Virus record (IMG/VR): IMGVR_UViG_3300031519_000150
Coordinates: 1-29,502 of that record
Direction: 5' to 3' (one strand)
DNA length: 29,502 nucleotides
Source: a virus
Lineage: Duplodnaviria; Caudoviricetes
Under the pieces are notes generated by a model that was given only the letters and a program-made list of their open reading frames with translations, was not told the DNA's origin and searched no databases. The position numbers were made by a program, and so were the translations under genes. Of this stretch, positions 1-7,959 are shown piece after piece. The number at the start of each line of letters is the position of its first letter. Within the stretch, counting starts at the first letter, position 1.

Positions 1-2
1 TA

Positions 3-1241
3 GAGATAGAAGTTGAGTCTCGGAAAGACTTGACTGAAGACCAGCATAAAAATATCGTGGAGATTATCAAGACACTTGACTCTACTGAAGTTGATATGGA
101 ATGGTTAGTCGATACTACGGAGAAGTTTTGTAAAGACAAAGCTATCTACAATGCAATCGTAGAGGGTATCTCTATCATTGATGGTAAAGATAAAAATCGT
201 GGTGCAGATGCGATACCAAATATTCTAACAGATGCACTTGCTGTTTGTTTCGACAATGCAGTCGGTCACGATTACTTTGACGATAGTGAAAAACGATTTG
301 ACTTCTATCATAGAGTAGAAGAACGGATTCCTTTTGACCTAGACTTTTTTAACAAGATTACTAAAGGTGGTCTTCCGACAAAGACTTTGAATATCGCACT
401 TGCTGGAACTGGTGTTGGTAAATCTTTATTCATGTGTCACATGGCTGCAAACTGTATGTCGCAAGGTAAGAACGTATTGTATATTACTTTGGAGATGGCA
501 GAGGAACGTATCGCAGAACGTATAGATGCAAACCTAATGAATGTATCTATGGAAGACTTACATGACTTACCAAAGAATATGTTTGACAGTAAGATTGAAA
601 GTATCGCAAAGAAAACAAATGGTAAACTTATCATCAAAGAATATCCTACTGCATCAGCTCACTCTGCACACTTTCGTGGATTGATAAAAGAACTTGCAAT
701 CAAGAGAAGTTTCAAACCAGATATGATATTCATTGACTATCTAAATATCTGTGCATCTTCAAGACTCAAAGGAGCATCTAATGTTAACTCTTACACATAT
801 ATTAAATCGATTGCAGAAGAACTTAGAGGACTCGCCGTTGAGTGTGATGTTCCAATCATGTCTGCGACACAAACAACGAGAAGTGGATTCACCTCGTCAG
901 ACCTCGGCCTTGAGGATACATCTGAATCATTTGGGTTGCCGGCGACTGCCGACTTCATGTTCGCCCTCATCTCAAACGAAGAACTTGATGGACTAAATCA
1001 GATTGTTGTGAAACAATTGAAGAACAGATACAATGACCCTACTGTCAACAAGAGATTTGTTTTAGGTATTGACAGAAGTAAGATGAGGTTGTATGATGTT
1101 GAGAACAAAGAACAAGAGGACTTGGTAGATAGTGGGCAGACTCCAGTATTTGATAATACACCTATGGGTGGGAACAATAAGTTTTTGAAAGATAATCTAA
1201 AAATGTTGAAAGAACCAAACTATGAAGACTTCAAAGTATGA
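3..1241 (+). CDS. gp41: T4-like replicative DNA helicase gp41 (DnaB family), 5'-truncated by the window edge
   Basis: Walker A LAGTGVGKS, YITLEMAEERIAERIDAN, IFIDYLNIC, ATQTTRSG, SESFGLPATAD and KQLKNRYND are gp41 motifs. The frame is open from position 3 (EIEVESRKDL...), so the TTG at 30 is internal. Confidence 0.96.
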   Translation, partial: EIEVESRKDLTEDQHKNIVEIIKTLDSTEVDMEWLVDTTEKFCKDKAIYNAIVEGISIIDGKDKNRGADAIPNILTDALAVCFDNAVGHDYFDDSEKRFDFYHRVEERIPFDLDFFNKITKGGLPTKTLNIALAGTGVGKSLFMCHMAANCMSQGKNVLYITLEMAEERIAERIDANLMNVSMEDLHDLPKNMFDSKIESIAKKTNGKLIIKEYPTASAHSAHFRGLIKELAIKRSFKPDMIFIDYLNICASSRLKGASNVNSYTYIKSIAEELRGLAVECDVPIMSATQTTRSGFTSSDLGLEDTSESFGLPATADFMFALISNEELDGLNQIVVKQLKNRYNDPTVNKRFVLGIDRSKMRLYDVENKEQEDLVDSGQTPVFDNTPMGGNNKFLKDNLKMLKEPNYEDFKV

Positions 1242-1801
1242 GTATTGTAAATAAAGTAAAAAACAAACCATACAAATCATCTAATGTTCATACGTTCAAT
1301 ATAAAGATTCCGATTGTTCAAAAAGTATTGGATATATTTACACCAGAGGAATCAAATATTCTTGCTGACTATATTGTGAGTTTAGGTGATGTGCAGAAAA
1401 AGAAAACTACTGTTAAAGCACCTATGTCTGATTGGCATATCAATGAAGACCACCATCTTGTAGAAAGATTATCTAATAAAGTTTTAGATATTATATCAGA
1501 TATTTCAAATGAAAAAGATACAGATAAACCTACATTTTATATACGAAGATGTTGGGCTGCAGTTTATGGTAAAGGGGATTGGACTAAAGTACATAATCAT
1601 GGTGCAAGTGCTTTTGGTTGGTGTTACTATGTTCGTATGCCAGAGGGTGCATCTCCCATTTGTTTTCCAGAGGCTGACTTAACTATACACCCTAAAGAGG
1701 GTGAGGTAATTATCTTTCCTGGCATAGTTGAACACTCTGTTCCACCATCTGATATCGAAGAAAAACGAATTATGATTGCAAGTAATGTAGGAATCAAATA
1801 A
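1238..1801 (+). CDS. putative 2OG-Fe(II) oxygenase (phage family)
   Basis: W...Y..GD...HNH, YYVRMP, P.EGEVIIFPG.VEHSV and KRIMIASN match the double-stranded beta-helix 2OG-Fe(II) oxygenases common in marine T4-like phages. ATG overlaps the gp41 stop (ATGA). Confidence 0.8.
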   Translation: MSIVNKVKNKPYKSSNVHTFNIKIPIVQKVLDIFTPEESNILADYIVSLGDVQKKKTTVKAPMSDWHINEDHHLVERLSNKVLDIISDISNEKDTDKPTFYIRRCWAAVYGKGDWTKVHNHGASAFGWCYYVRMPEGASPICFPEADLTIHPKEGEVIIFPGIVEHSVPPSDIEEKRIMIASNVGIK

Positions 1802-1809
1802 ACAGTTTG

Positions 1810-1817
1810 TCTAAATA
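1810..1817 (+). promoter_or_regulatory. possible variant T4 late promoter (TCTAAATA)
   Basis: One mismatch to TATAAATA, intergenic, ~18 nt upstream of an AAGGAG SD. Confidence 0.5.
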
Positions 1818-1847
1818 GAATTTCCAAACTTATAAAGGAGATACAAA

Positions 1848-2069
1848 CTGGTCAAATATAGAGTTTGCTCTAAGCAAGTTCTTCACGAAGATTTGAAATT
1901 AGTTGAAGCCCGAAAAGTAATATCCAAATTAAATAAAGATAATGAAGATGAAGAACTAGTGTACGAGCTAGAAAGATATAAAGTCGAACCACCCAAAGTT
2001 ATGAAGACAGTTTGGGTTACAGACGAAGATTGTCCAAACCTTAAAGTACCAATACGAAAAAAGATATAG
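1848..2069 (+). CDS. hypothetical 73-aa protein with CTG start (absent from the ORF track)
   Basis: AAGGAG at 1835-1840, 7-nt spacer, CTG at 1848, in-frame TAA at 1833 upstream. Reads (M)VKYRVCSKQVLHEDLKLVEARKVISKLNKDNEDEELVYELERYKVEPPKVMKTVWVTDEDCPNLKVPIRKKI* and fills an otherwise empty 300-bp gap. Confidence 0.7.
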   Translation: MVKYRVCSKQVLHEDLKLVEARKVISKLNKDNEDEELVYELERYKVEPPKVMKTVWVTDEDCPNLKVPIRKKI

Positions 2070-2111
2070 TTAGTCCTTATAAATAACAGAGTAAGGAGTC
2101 TAACTATGTCT
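2062..2111 (+). promoter_or_regulatory. RNA hairpin sequestering the SD and AUG of gp5
   Basis: 2062-2073 AGATATAGTTAG pairs with 2100-2111 CTAACTATGTCT (one G-U). 2074-2079 TCCTTA pairs with 2092-2097 TAAGGA. 2-nt bulge at 2098-2099. Confidence 0.75.
2078..2085 (+). promoter_or_regulatory. T4 late promoter (gp55-dependent)
   Basis: Exact TATAAATA 20 nt upstream of the gp5 ATG. Confidence 0.85.
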
Positions 2112-3458
2112 GAAAATTATTTTATGGGTCTTGATGGCTTTGTTTGGTTTACTGGAGTCGTGGAAGATCGTAATGACCCAGACTTTTTAGGTCGTGTTCG
2201 TGTACGTTGTCTTGGATTTCACACAGAAGATTTAAATGACATACCTACTGTTGACTTGCCTTGGGCAACAGTCATGCACCCAGTTACAGACCCATCTATG
2301 CAAGGGTTAGGTAACTCTCCATCTTTTCTTGTTGAGGGTACTTGGGTTGTAGGTTTCTTTTCAGATGCAAGAGAAAAACAACAACCCATTATTATGGGAA
2401 GTCTACCAGGCAAACCAAGTAGATTACCAGACCCAACAAAAGGTTTCAATGACCCTCGTGGTGCTGGTTCTGTCCAAGACTACTATGCTGGAAATCCAAC
2501 ATATGGCCCATATCCACTTAGTCGTAAATTAAAAGAACCAGATACTAATCGCCTTGCAAGAGGTGAGATGTCTGAAAAACATTTACAACTACGAAAAAGA
2601 AGAAAGAACAGACAGACAGGAATACAGACTGCAACTCAACCATTTCTTTCTACAGTATCAGATGAAGCAGTTAACGAACCTCGTGGGAGTTTTGATGAAC
2701 CCCACCCAAAAGATATTGATTATAATTCAGTTGATGATACTTTTGATAGAATTTATCGTTCTGGTTTATATCCTTACAATCATGTATTTGAATCTGAGTC
2801 TGGACATATCACAGAAGTAGATGATACGCCAGGTGCAGAAAGAACTTTCAGACAACACAAGACTGGAACATATGAAGAAATAATTGCAGACGGAACTAAG
2901 ACAGTTAAAGTTATTGGAGACAACTATGAAGTTATCATGGGTGATTCTAATGTATATATTGGTGGGAATGTTAATCTTACAGTAGGTGGAGATGTTCGTC
3001 ATCTAGTAAAAGGTAATTATCATTTAGAGGTAGAGGGAAACTACACACAGAAGATACATAAGAATATGAGAACTAAAGTTGGAGCTGGATTTGTGGGTGG
3101 AAACCTTGAAGAAGAAATAAAAGGAACACACTCTTTTAATATTAGTGAATCTGTCAAAGGTCGTATTGGTAAAGATGTCAATGTAACTACAGAGGGTGAT
3201 GAAACAAGAATCAATAATGGTAAATTTGATTTAGTTGCAAAAAGTGATATCTCTGCAATCACTACTGGTGGTAAGATGTTACTAAATGCAAGTGGTAATG
3301 TTTCAATTGATGCTGTATCTGGTATCATGGCTCTTAAATCTGGTACAACATTAAATTTGAAATCTGCAACACTTATGACTATTACATCTGAAACGACAAT
3401 AGATATGAACGCAACAACAGAAGTAGATATTGACTCTGCATTGATTAATTTAAACTAG
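2106..3458 (+). CDS. gp5: baseplate hub/central spike gp5 (OB-fold + beta-helix, no lysozyme domain)
   Basis: N-terminal WFTGVVEDRNDP..LGRVRVRCLG.H...LPWA OB-fold; YPYNHVFESESGH..EVDDTPGAER; C-terminal V.G[DN] 8-residue beta-helix repeats. Confidence 0.93.
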   Translation: MSENYFMGLDGFVWFTGVVEDRNDPDFLGRVRVRCLGFHTEDLNDIPTVDLPWATVMHPVTDPSMQGLGNSPSFLVEGTWVVGFFSDAREKQQPIIMGSLPGKPSRLPDPTKGFNDPRGAGSVQDYYAGNPTYGPYPLSRKLKEPDTNRLARGEMSEKHLQLRKRRKNRQTGIQTATQPFLSTVSDEAVNEPRGSFDEPHPKDIDYNSVDDTFDRIYRSGLYPYNHVFESESGHITEVDDTPGAERTFRQHKTGTYEEIIADGTKTVKVIGDNYEVIMGDSNVYIGGNVNLTVGGDVRHLVKGNYHLEVEGNYTQKIHKNMRTKVGAGFVGGNLEEEIKGTHSFNISESVKGRIGKDVNVTTEGDETRINNGKFDLVAKSDISAITTGGKMLLNASGNVSIDAVSGIMALKSGTTLNLKSATLMTITSETTIDMNATTEVDIDSALINLN

Positions 3459-3466
3459 GAGATATT

Positions 3467-3763
3467 ATGCCTGAAGTAACAAGAGTAGGAACAGACACCC
3501 ATGTTGGTCATGCAAGTCCAACACCAAATCCTTTTCACCAGACATCATATGCATCTGGTTCTCCAGATGTTTTTACAAATGGTGCAAAGACAGTTCGTAT
3601 AGGAGACTCTACAAGTTGTGGAGACCCAGCAACTGGTGGTAGTGCAACTGTTAAAGTAAATGGTATTGGTGTTCACAGAAAAGGTGATGCAACTGGTGGA
3701 CATGGAAGTTTTGTGCCAAACAGTTCTGCATCTGGTTCTGCAAATGTTATTGCTGGGGGATAA
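3467..3763 (+). CDS. gp5.4: PAAR-family spike-tip protein (gp5.4-like)
   Basis: Three PAAR-like repeats (VTRVGTD, TVRIGD, VHRKGD) with His/Cys metal ligands and GS..V..NG motifs; directly follows gp5. Confidence 0.9.
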   Translation: MPEVTRVGTDTHVGHASPTPNPFHQTSYASGSPDVFTNGAKTVRIGDSTSCGDPATGGSATVKVNGIGVHRKGDATGGHGSFVPNSSASGSANVIAGG

Positions 3764-3765
3764 GA

Positions 3766-5541
3766 ATGGCAGACTTTAAAACTCCAAATCTATGTGGTGC
3801 AAATGAATCACTCAATACTGCATTATCAAAGATTGACGATATAAAAGCACAGATTGAATCTAAATTAAATTCTTCTGCATCTGAAGCTGCAGCTGCATTT
3901 GAAACTGCACAAGCAGATATCAAATCAAAACTTGATGCACTTGCAGTAGATTTACCAGAAGCAAAACCTGTTAATCTTCAATCAGAAATAACAAGTCTTA
4001 TTAATGATGTGGATAGAACAACAGCAGGGGGTATCGCAGCTTTCAATGCAAAGGTTGCTGCACTCAAAAAAGATTTTGGTGGAGCACTTGAAAAAAAGGG
4101 TTTAGACTTTGACAAACTGATTGATGATTCTAGTGCGAAGTTAGGTAAAGATGTTGCCGCTGCTTCTACTGCATTAGATAATGCAATAACTGATGCATCT
4201 GGTGTTGTAACTGACATATTTAATTCTGTTACAGATTCAGTAAGTGGTGTAGCTTCAAGTATATCATCTGGTTTAGGAATATCTGGAGTGCCTGGAAATG
4301 TAACTCCTAGTTTAGATGCATTTGGTGGAGCAGGAGATGCTGTGTCTGGTGCAACTTCTTCTGTTGCAGCTGGTGGTAATCTTTGTGACCTTGTTCCTAA
4401 TCTTGAATTACCAGCAGACCTTGCTGGAACTGGTGTTACCACAGAAGAAATAGAAGAACGAGCAAGTAATGCTACAACACTTACTTTAACACAAACACCA
4501 GAAGAAATTCTAGAAGTCACAGGTAAGAAGACTACTCAAAGTTTTTTTAGTAATATACAATATAAACAGAATGGTAAAGTTATTGTTCCAAGTGCAACAG
4601 GAACTTATTCAGAAATTAAAGTTAAATATACCATCTCCAAGATTGCAGAAAAACCTATTGCTGCAAAACAAGCAGATGTTCCAGCAGAGTCAGAAGAAGT
4701 TTCTATTGTTACATCAAATACAGATGCAAAGGATACTTCTTTTGCTGGTCTTATAGCAAAATTTAAAAAAGATGTTGAGTCTGCTCCATCAAGTAAAGAT
4801 GTGAGTAAAGACATTGCAAATATAAAATCAACTTTTGGATTTATTGGTTCTCCAGCATTTAAAGCACAACAAGAAAAAGATTTTGCAACTTGGCAAACAG
4901 AATATAAAAAATTAAAAGCAGACCCACTTAACTATAAACCAGTAGTAACTAAAACTGGAGAAAGTGTCAAAGCAACAACTATAGAAGCTACAGTTACAAA
5001 AGAAAGAAAAACAGATAAAGATGGATTTACTTATACTGAAACAAAGAGAGTAACTTCTTCTGATGCTGGTTTTACTCATAGAACAAAAGATAATTTTATT
5101 GACTTAGTAAAAATTAATACAGCCAAAGAAGTTTTAGCTGGATTAGATTCAACAAAGTATCCAGATTGGTATGAAACGATACAAGAAGTTATAGATTATT
5201 ATGAACCAGAAACAAATATAGCTGAAATTGATTTAAATCCATATAATCAACCTATAATGAATATTACACTTATTGAATATGTAAGTATTTTACGAAAAGG
5301 TTTAGTAGACCCAATAACAAGAGTAGTTCAACCAGCTGGTATTGTTGAGGAGGAATTACAATCTATTAGTGCAGATAATAGAAGACTGTCAACAAAATAC
5401 TATGAATATGCACTTGGGAATAAACTTAGATTTAAAAATATAGCTGGTATATCATTAGACCTATTTACAGACCCAGATATATTTGCCATAACAATTAGTT
5501 ATAAAACAATGGATAAAATTGATCCAAATTATAAGGGTTAA
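3766..5541 (+). CDS. hypothetical protein, probably virion-associated (591 aa)
   Basis: Long ORF tightly packed between PAAR and gp25; helical Ala/Lys-rich N-terminus, Gly/Ser linker, no family recognised. Confidence 0.75.
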   Translation: MADFKTPNLCGANESLNTALSKIDDIKAQIESKLNSSASEAAAAFETAQADIKSKLDALAVDLPEAKPVNLQSEITSLINDVDRTTAGGIAAFNAKVAALKKDFGGALEKKGLDFDKLIDDSSAKLGKDVAAASTALDNAITDASGVVTDIFNSVTDSVSGVASSISSGLGISGVPGNVTPSLDAFGGAGDAVSGATSSVAAGGNLCDLVPNLELPADLAGTGVTTEEIEERASNATTLTLTQTPEEILEVTGKKTTQSFFSNIQYKQNGKVIVPSATGTYSEIKVKYTISKIAEKPIAAKQADVPAESEEVSIVTSNTDAKDTSFAGLIAKFKKDVESAPSSKDVSKDIANIKSTFGFIGSPAFKAQQEKDFATWQTEYKKLKADPLNYKPVVTKTGESVKATTIEATVTKERKTDKDGFTYTETKRVTSSDAGFTHRTKDNFIDLVKINTAKEVLAGLDSTKYPDWYETIQEVIDYYEPETNIAEIDLNPYNQPIMNITLIEYVSILRKGLVDPITRVVQPAGIVEEELQSISADNRRLSTKYYEYALGNKLRFKNIAGISLDLFTDPDIFAITISYKTMDKIDPNYKG

Positions 5542-5545
5542 TCGT

Positions 5546-5553
5546 TATAAATA
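5546..5553 (+). promoter_or_regulatory. T4 late promoter
   Basis: Exact intergenic TATAAATA upstream of the AGGAG SD of gp25. Confidence 0.85.
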
Positions 5554-5578
5554 AAAGATAAACTAGGAGTCCATACGA

Positions 5579-6007
5579 ATGTCACAATATGATGCTCAAT
5601 CAAATAATAAATCTAATAGAAATGTTAGACAATATACTGATTTAGATTTATTCTTTGGTAAGAAGACATCTAACTCTGATGTGCAAGAAATAACAGATGT
5701 TAAAGCTGTGAAGCGTTCTATTCGTAATCTCGTTCTACTTAATCATTATGAAAAACCTTTTCACCCAGAGATTGCATCTGGTGTAAGAGATATGTTATTT
5801 GAAAATATGACTCCAGTAACAGCACAAATACTTGCAAGAAAGATTGAAGATGTAATTCAAAACTTTGAACCAAGAGCAAGATTAGTAGGTGTAACTGCGT
5901 TACCAAATTTAGACAGAAACGAATACGAAGTATCAATAGAATTTTATGTTGTCAATCAACCAACTGAACTAGTTGACTTGTCAATCATGTTAGAGAGAGT
6001 ACGATAA
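5579..6007 (+). CDS. gp25: baseplate wedge subunit gp25
   Basis: YTDLDL, AVKRSIRNLVL....EKPF.P.I.S, I.NFEPRA motifs of the gp25/GPW family. Confidence 0.93.
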   Translation: MSQYDAQSNNKSNRNVRQYTDLDLFFGKKTSNSDVQEITDVKAVKRSIRNLVLLNHYEKPFHPEIASGVRDMLFENMTPVTAQILARKIEDVIQNFEPRARLVGVTALPNLDRNEYEVSIEFYVVNQPTELVDLSIMLERVR

Positions 6008-7956
6008 TGGCTGTTAATAATAGAAGACTTAGAGTTACAGAACTCGACTTTGATAATATCAAAAGTAATCTGAAAACTTTTCTAAAGAACCAAACTCAAT
6101 TTAAAGATTATGATTTTGAAGGTTCTGGTATGAATATTCTTCTTGACACACTTGCATACAATACTCACTACTTAGGTTTCAATGCAAACATGGTTGCAAA
6201 CGAAATGTTTTTAGATAGTGCATCACTTAGGTCAAGTGTTGTATCTCATGCAAAGTCATTAGGATATGAAGTAACTTCTGCACGAGCTTCATATGCAACA
6301 TTAAATATTAATTTATCAACAACTGCTGCATTTAAAACAATGCCTTCTGGTACTGCATTTTCTACAACTGTTGATGGAACAGATTATCAGTTTGTTACAG
6401 TATCAGATGTTACGTCTTCTAACACAGGAAACAATATTGCATTTGATAGCACAACAGTTTATGAGGGAACTTACATTACAACAAAATATCTTGTCGATAG
6501 TTCTGACATAGACCAAAGATTTATTCTGACAGACCCAGCAACAGATACAACTACACTCTCTGTGAAAGTTCAAGCGTCTGGAACAGATACTACAACTACA
6601 ACATACACAAAGGCAACTGACATATCACAACTTACTGGTGCAAGTACAGTTTACTATTTACAAGAAATAGAAGCAGGAAAGTTTGAAGTCTACTTTGGAG
6701 ATGGTGTGATAAGTTCAGGCATATCAGATGGTAATATCGTTACACTACAATATGTTGTATCAAACAAAACTGCAGCAAATGGTGCATCTACATTTTCTTC
6801 TCCATCTACTATTGATGGTGTTACTGGTATTACTGTTACTACTGTTGCATCTGCAATCGGTGGTGCAGAACCAGAAACTATTAACTCAATAAAATTAAAT
6901 GCACCACTAGACTATGCAGCTCAAGGTCGTGCAGTTACAACTTCAGACTATGAAGTCTATGTTAAGAAGTTGTTTGCAAATACACAAGCTACTTCTGTTT
7001 GGGGTGGAGAAGATGGTAGTTATGATTCAAGTACAGGTGTGAGTTCTAATCCAGAATATGGTAAAGTTTTTATCTCAATTAAATCCACTACTGGACAAAA
7101 TCTAACATCAATTCAAAAGTCAAACTTAGTATCTGCACTTACTCCATATAAGGTAGCATCTATTACTCCTGTGATTGTTGATACCGAAACTACTAATCTT
7201 ATATTAAAGTCAACTGTACAATACGACTCATCTTCTACAACTAAAACATCTACAGAGATTGCTTCTCTAGTTACAACAACTATTGATGATTACAATAGTT
7301 CAGATTTACAAAACTTTAATTCGCCATTTAGACACTCTAAGTTATTAGGACTGATTGACAATACAGATACCTCTATTTTAAATAATACTGTTACAGTTAC
7401 ACTAGGAAAACTTTTTACTCCAACATTAAGTTTATCAACTTCTTATACTCTTAACTTTAGTAACCCACTTTTTAATCCACACTCTGGACACAATGCAGCT
7501 GCTGGTGGTATCATTGCATCAACTGGTTTTTACTTAGGTGGTGTTACATCTACTGAATATTTCTTTGATGATGATGGTACTGGAAACCTTAGAGTTTATT
7601 ATCTTGTAACTGGTACTAGAACATACTTTGACTCTGCAGCTGGAACTGTTGATTATACAAATGGCATTGTAAAAATAAACTCTCTTACTATGACAGGTAT
7701 TGGAAATCTTGATGGTATTAGTTCCACACAAATTCGTTTAACTGCCATACCAACTTCATACGATATTGTTCCTGTGAGAAATCAAATACTTGAAATAGAT
7801 ATGACTAATACTTCTGTAACTGCAAGTGTTGATGCAACTGCAACAACTGGAGTTGGTTATACAACAACACAGACTGCTTCTGGAGGTTCTGCAACTACAG
7901 TATCAACAGCATCATCAAGTTCATCATCAAGTTCTAGTTCAAGTTCTGGATATTAA
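6007..7956 (+). CDS. gp6: baseplate wedge subunit gp6
   Basis: ELDFDNIK..LK.FL, DYDFEGSGMNILLDTLAYNTHY, NEMFLDSA..RSSVVSHAK.LGY, AAQGRAVT..DY, WGGED, YGKVFISIK. Confidence 0.96.
   Translation: MAVNNRRLRVTELDFDNIKSNLKTFLKNQTQFKDYDFEGSGMNILLDTLAYNTHYLGFNANMVANEMFLDSASLRSSVVSHAKSLGYEVTSARASYATLNINLSTTAAFKTMPSGTAFSTTVDGTDYQFVTVSDVTSSNTGNNIAFDSTTVYEGTYITTKYLVDSSDIDQRFILTDPATDTTTLSVKVQASGTDTTTTTYTKATDISQLTGASTVYYLQEIEAGKFEVYFGDGVISSGISDGNIVTLQYVVSNKTAANGASTFSSPSTIDGVTGITVTTVASAIGGAEPETINSIKLNAPLDYAAQGRAVTTSDYEVYVKKLFANTQATSVWGGEDGSYDSSTGVSSNPEYGKVFISIKSTTGQNLTSIQKSNLVSALTPYKVASITPVIVDTETTNLILKSTVQYDSSSTTKTSTEIASLVTTTIDDYNSSDLQNFNSPFRHSKLLGLIDNTDTSILNNTVTVTLGKLFTPTLSLSTSYTLNFSNPLFNPHSGHNAAAGGIIASTGFYLGGVTSTEYFFDDDGTGNLRVYYLVTGTRTYFDSAAGTVDYTNGIVKINSLTMTGIGNLDGISSTQIRLTAIPTSYDIVPVRNQILEIDMTNTSVTASVDATATTGVGYTTTQTASGGSATTVSTASSSSSSSSSSSSGY
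7912..7947 (+). repeat. poly-Ser (12 codons) low-complexity tail of gp6
   Basis: TCA/AGT/TCT run giving SSSSSSSSSSSS just before the terminal GY*. Confidence 0.85.
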
Positions 7957-7959
7957 AAA

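Noticed and set aside
30-32. TTG start for gp41
   Set aside because: The frame is open upstream to the window edge and the protein lacks its usual N-terminus, so the gene is truncated.
3-1241. Intein or intron in the helicase
   Set aside because: Helicase motifs are contiguous with normal spacing and there are no splicing motifs.
2106-7956. Bacterial T6SS/eCIS reading of gp5-PAAR-gp25-gp6
   Set aside because: gp41, T4-type gp6/7/8, VrlC and TATAAATA promoters identify a T4-like phage.
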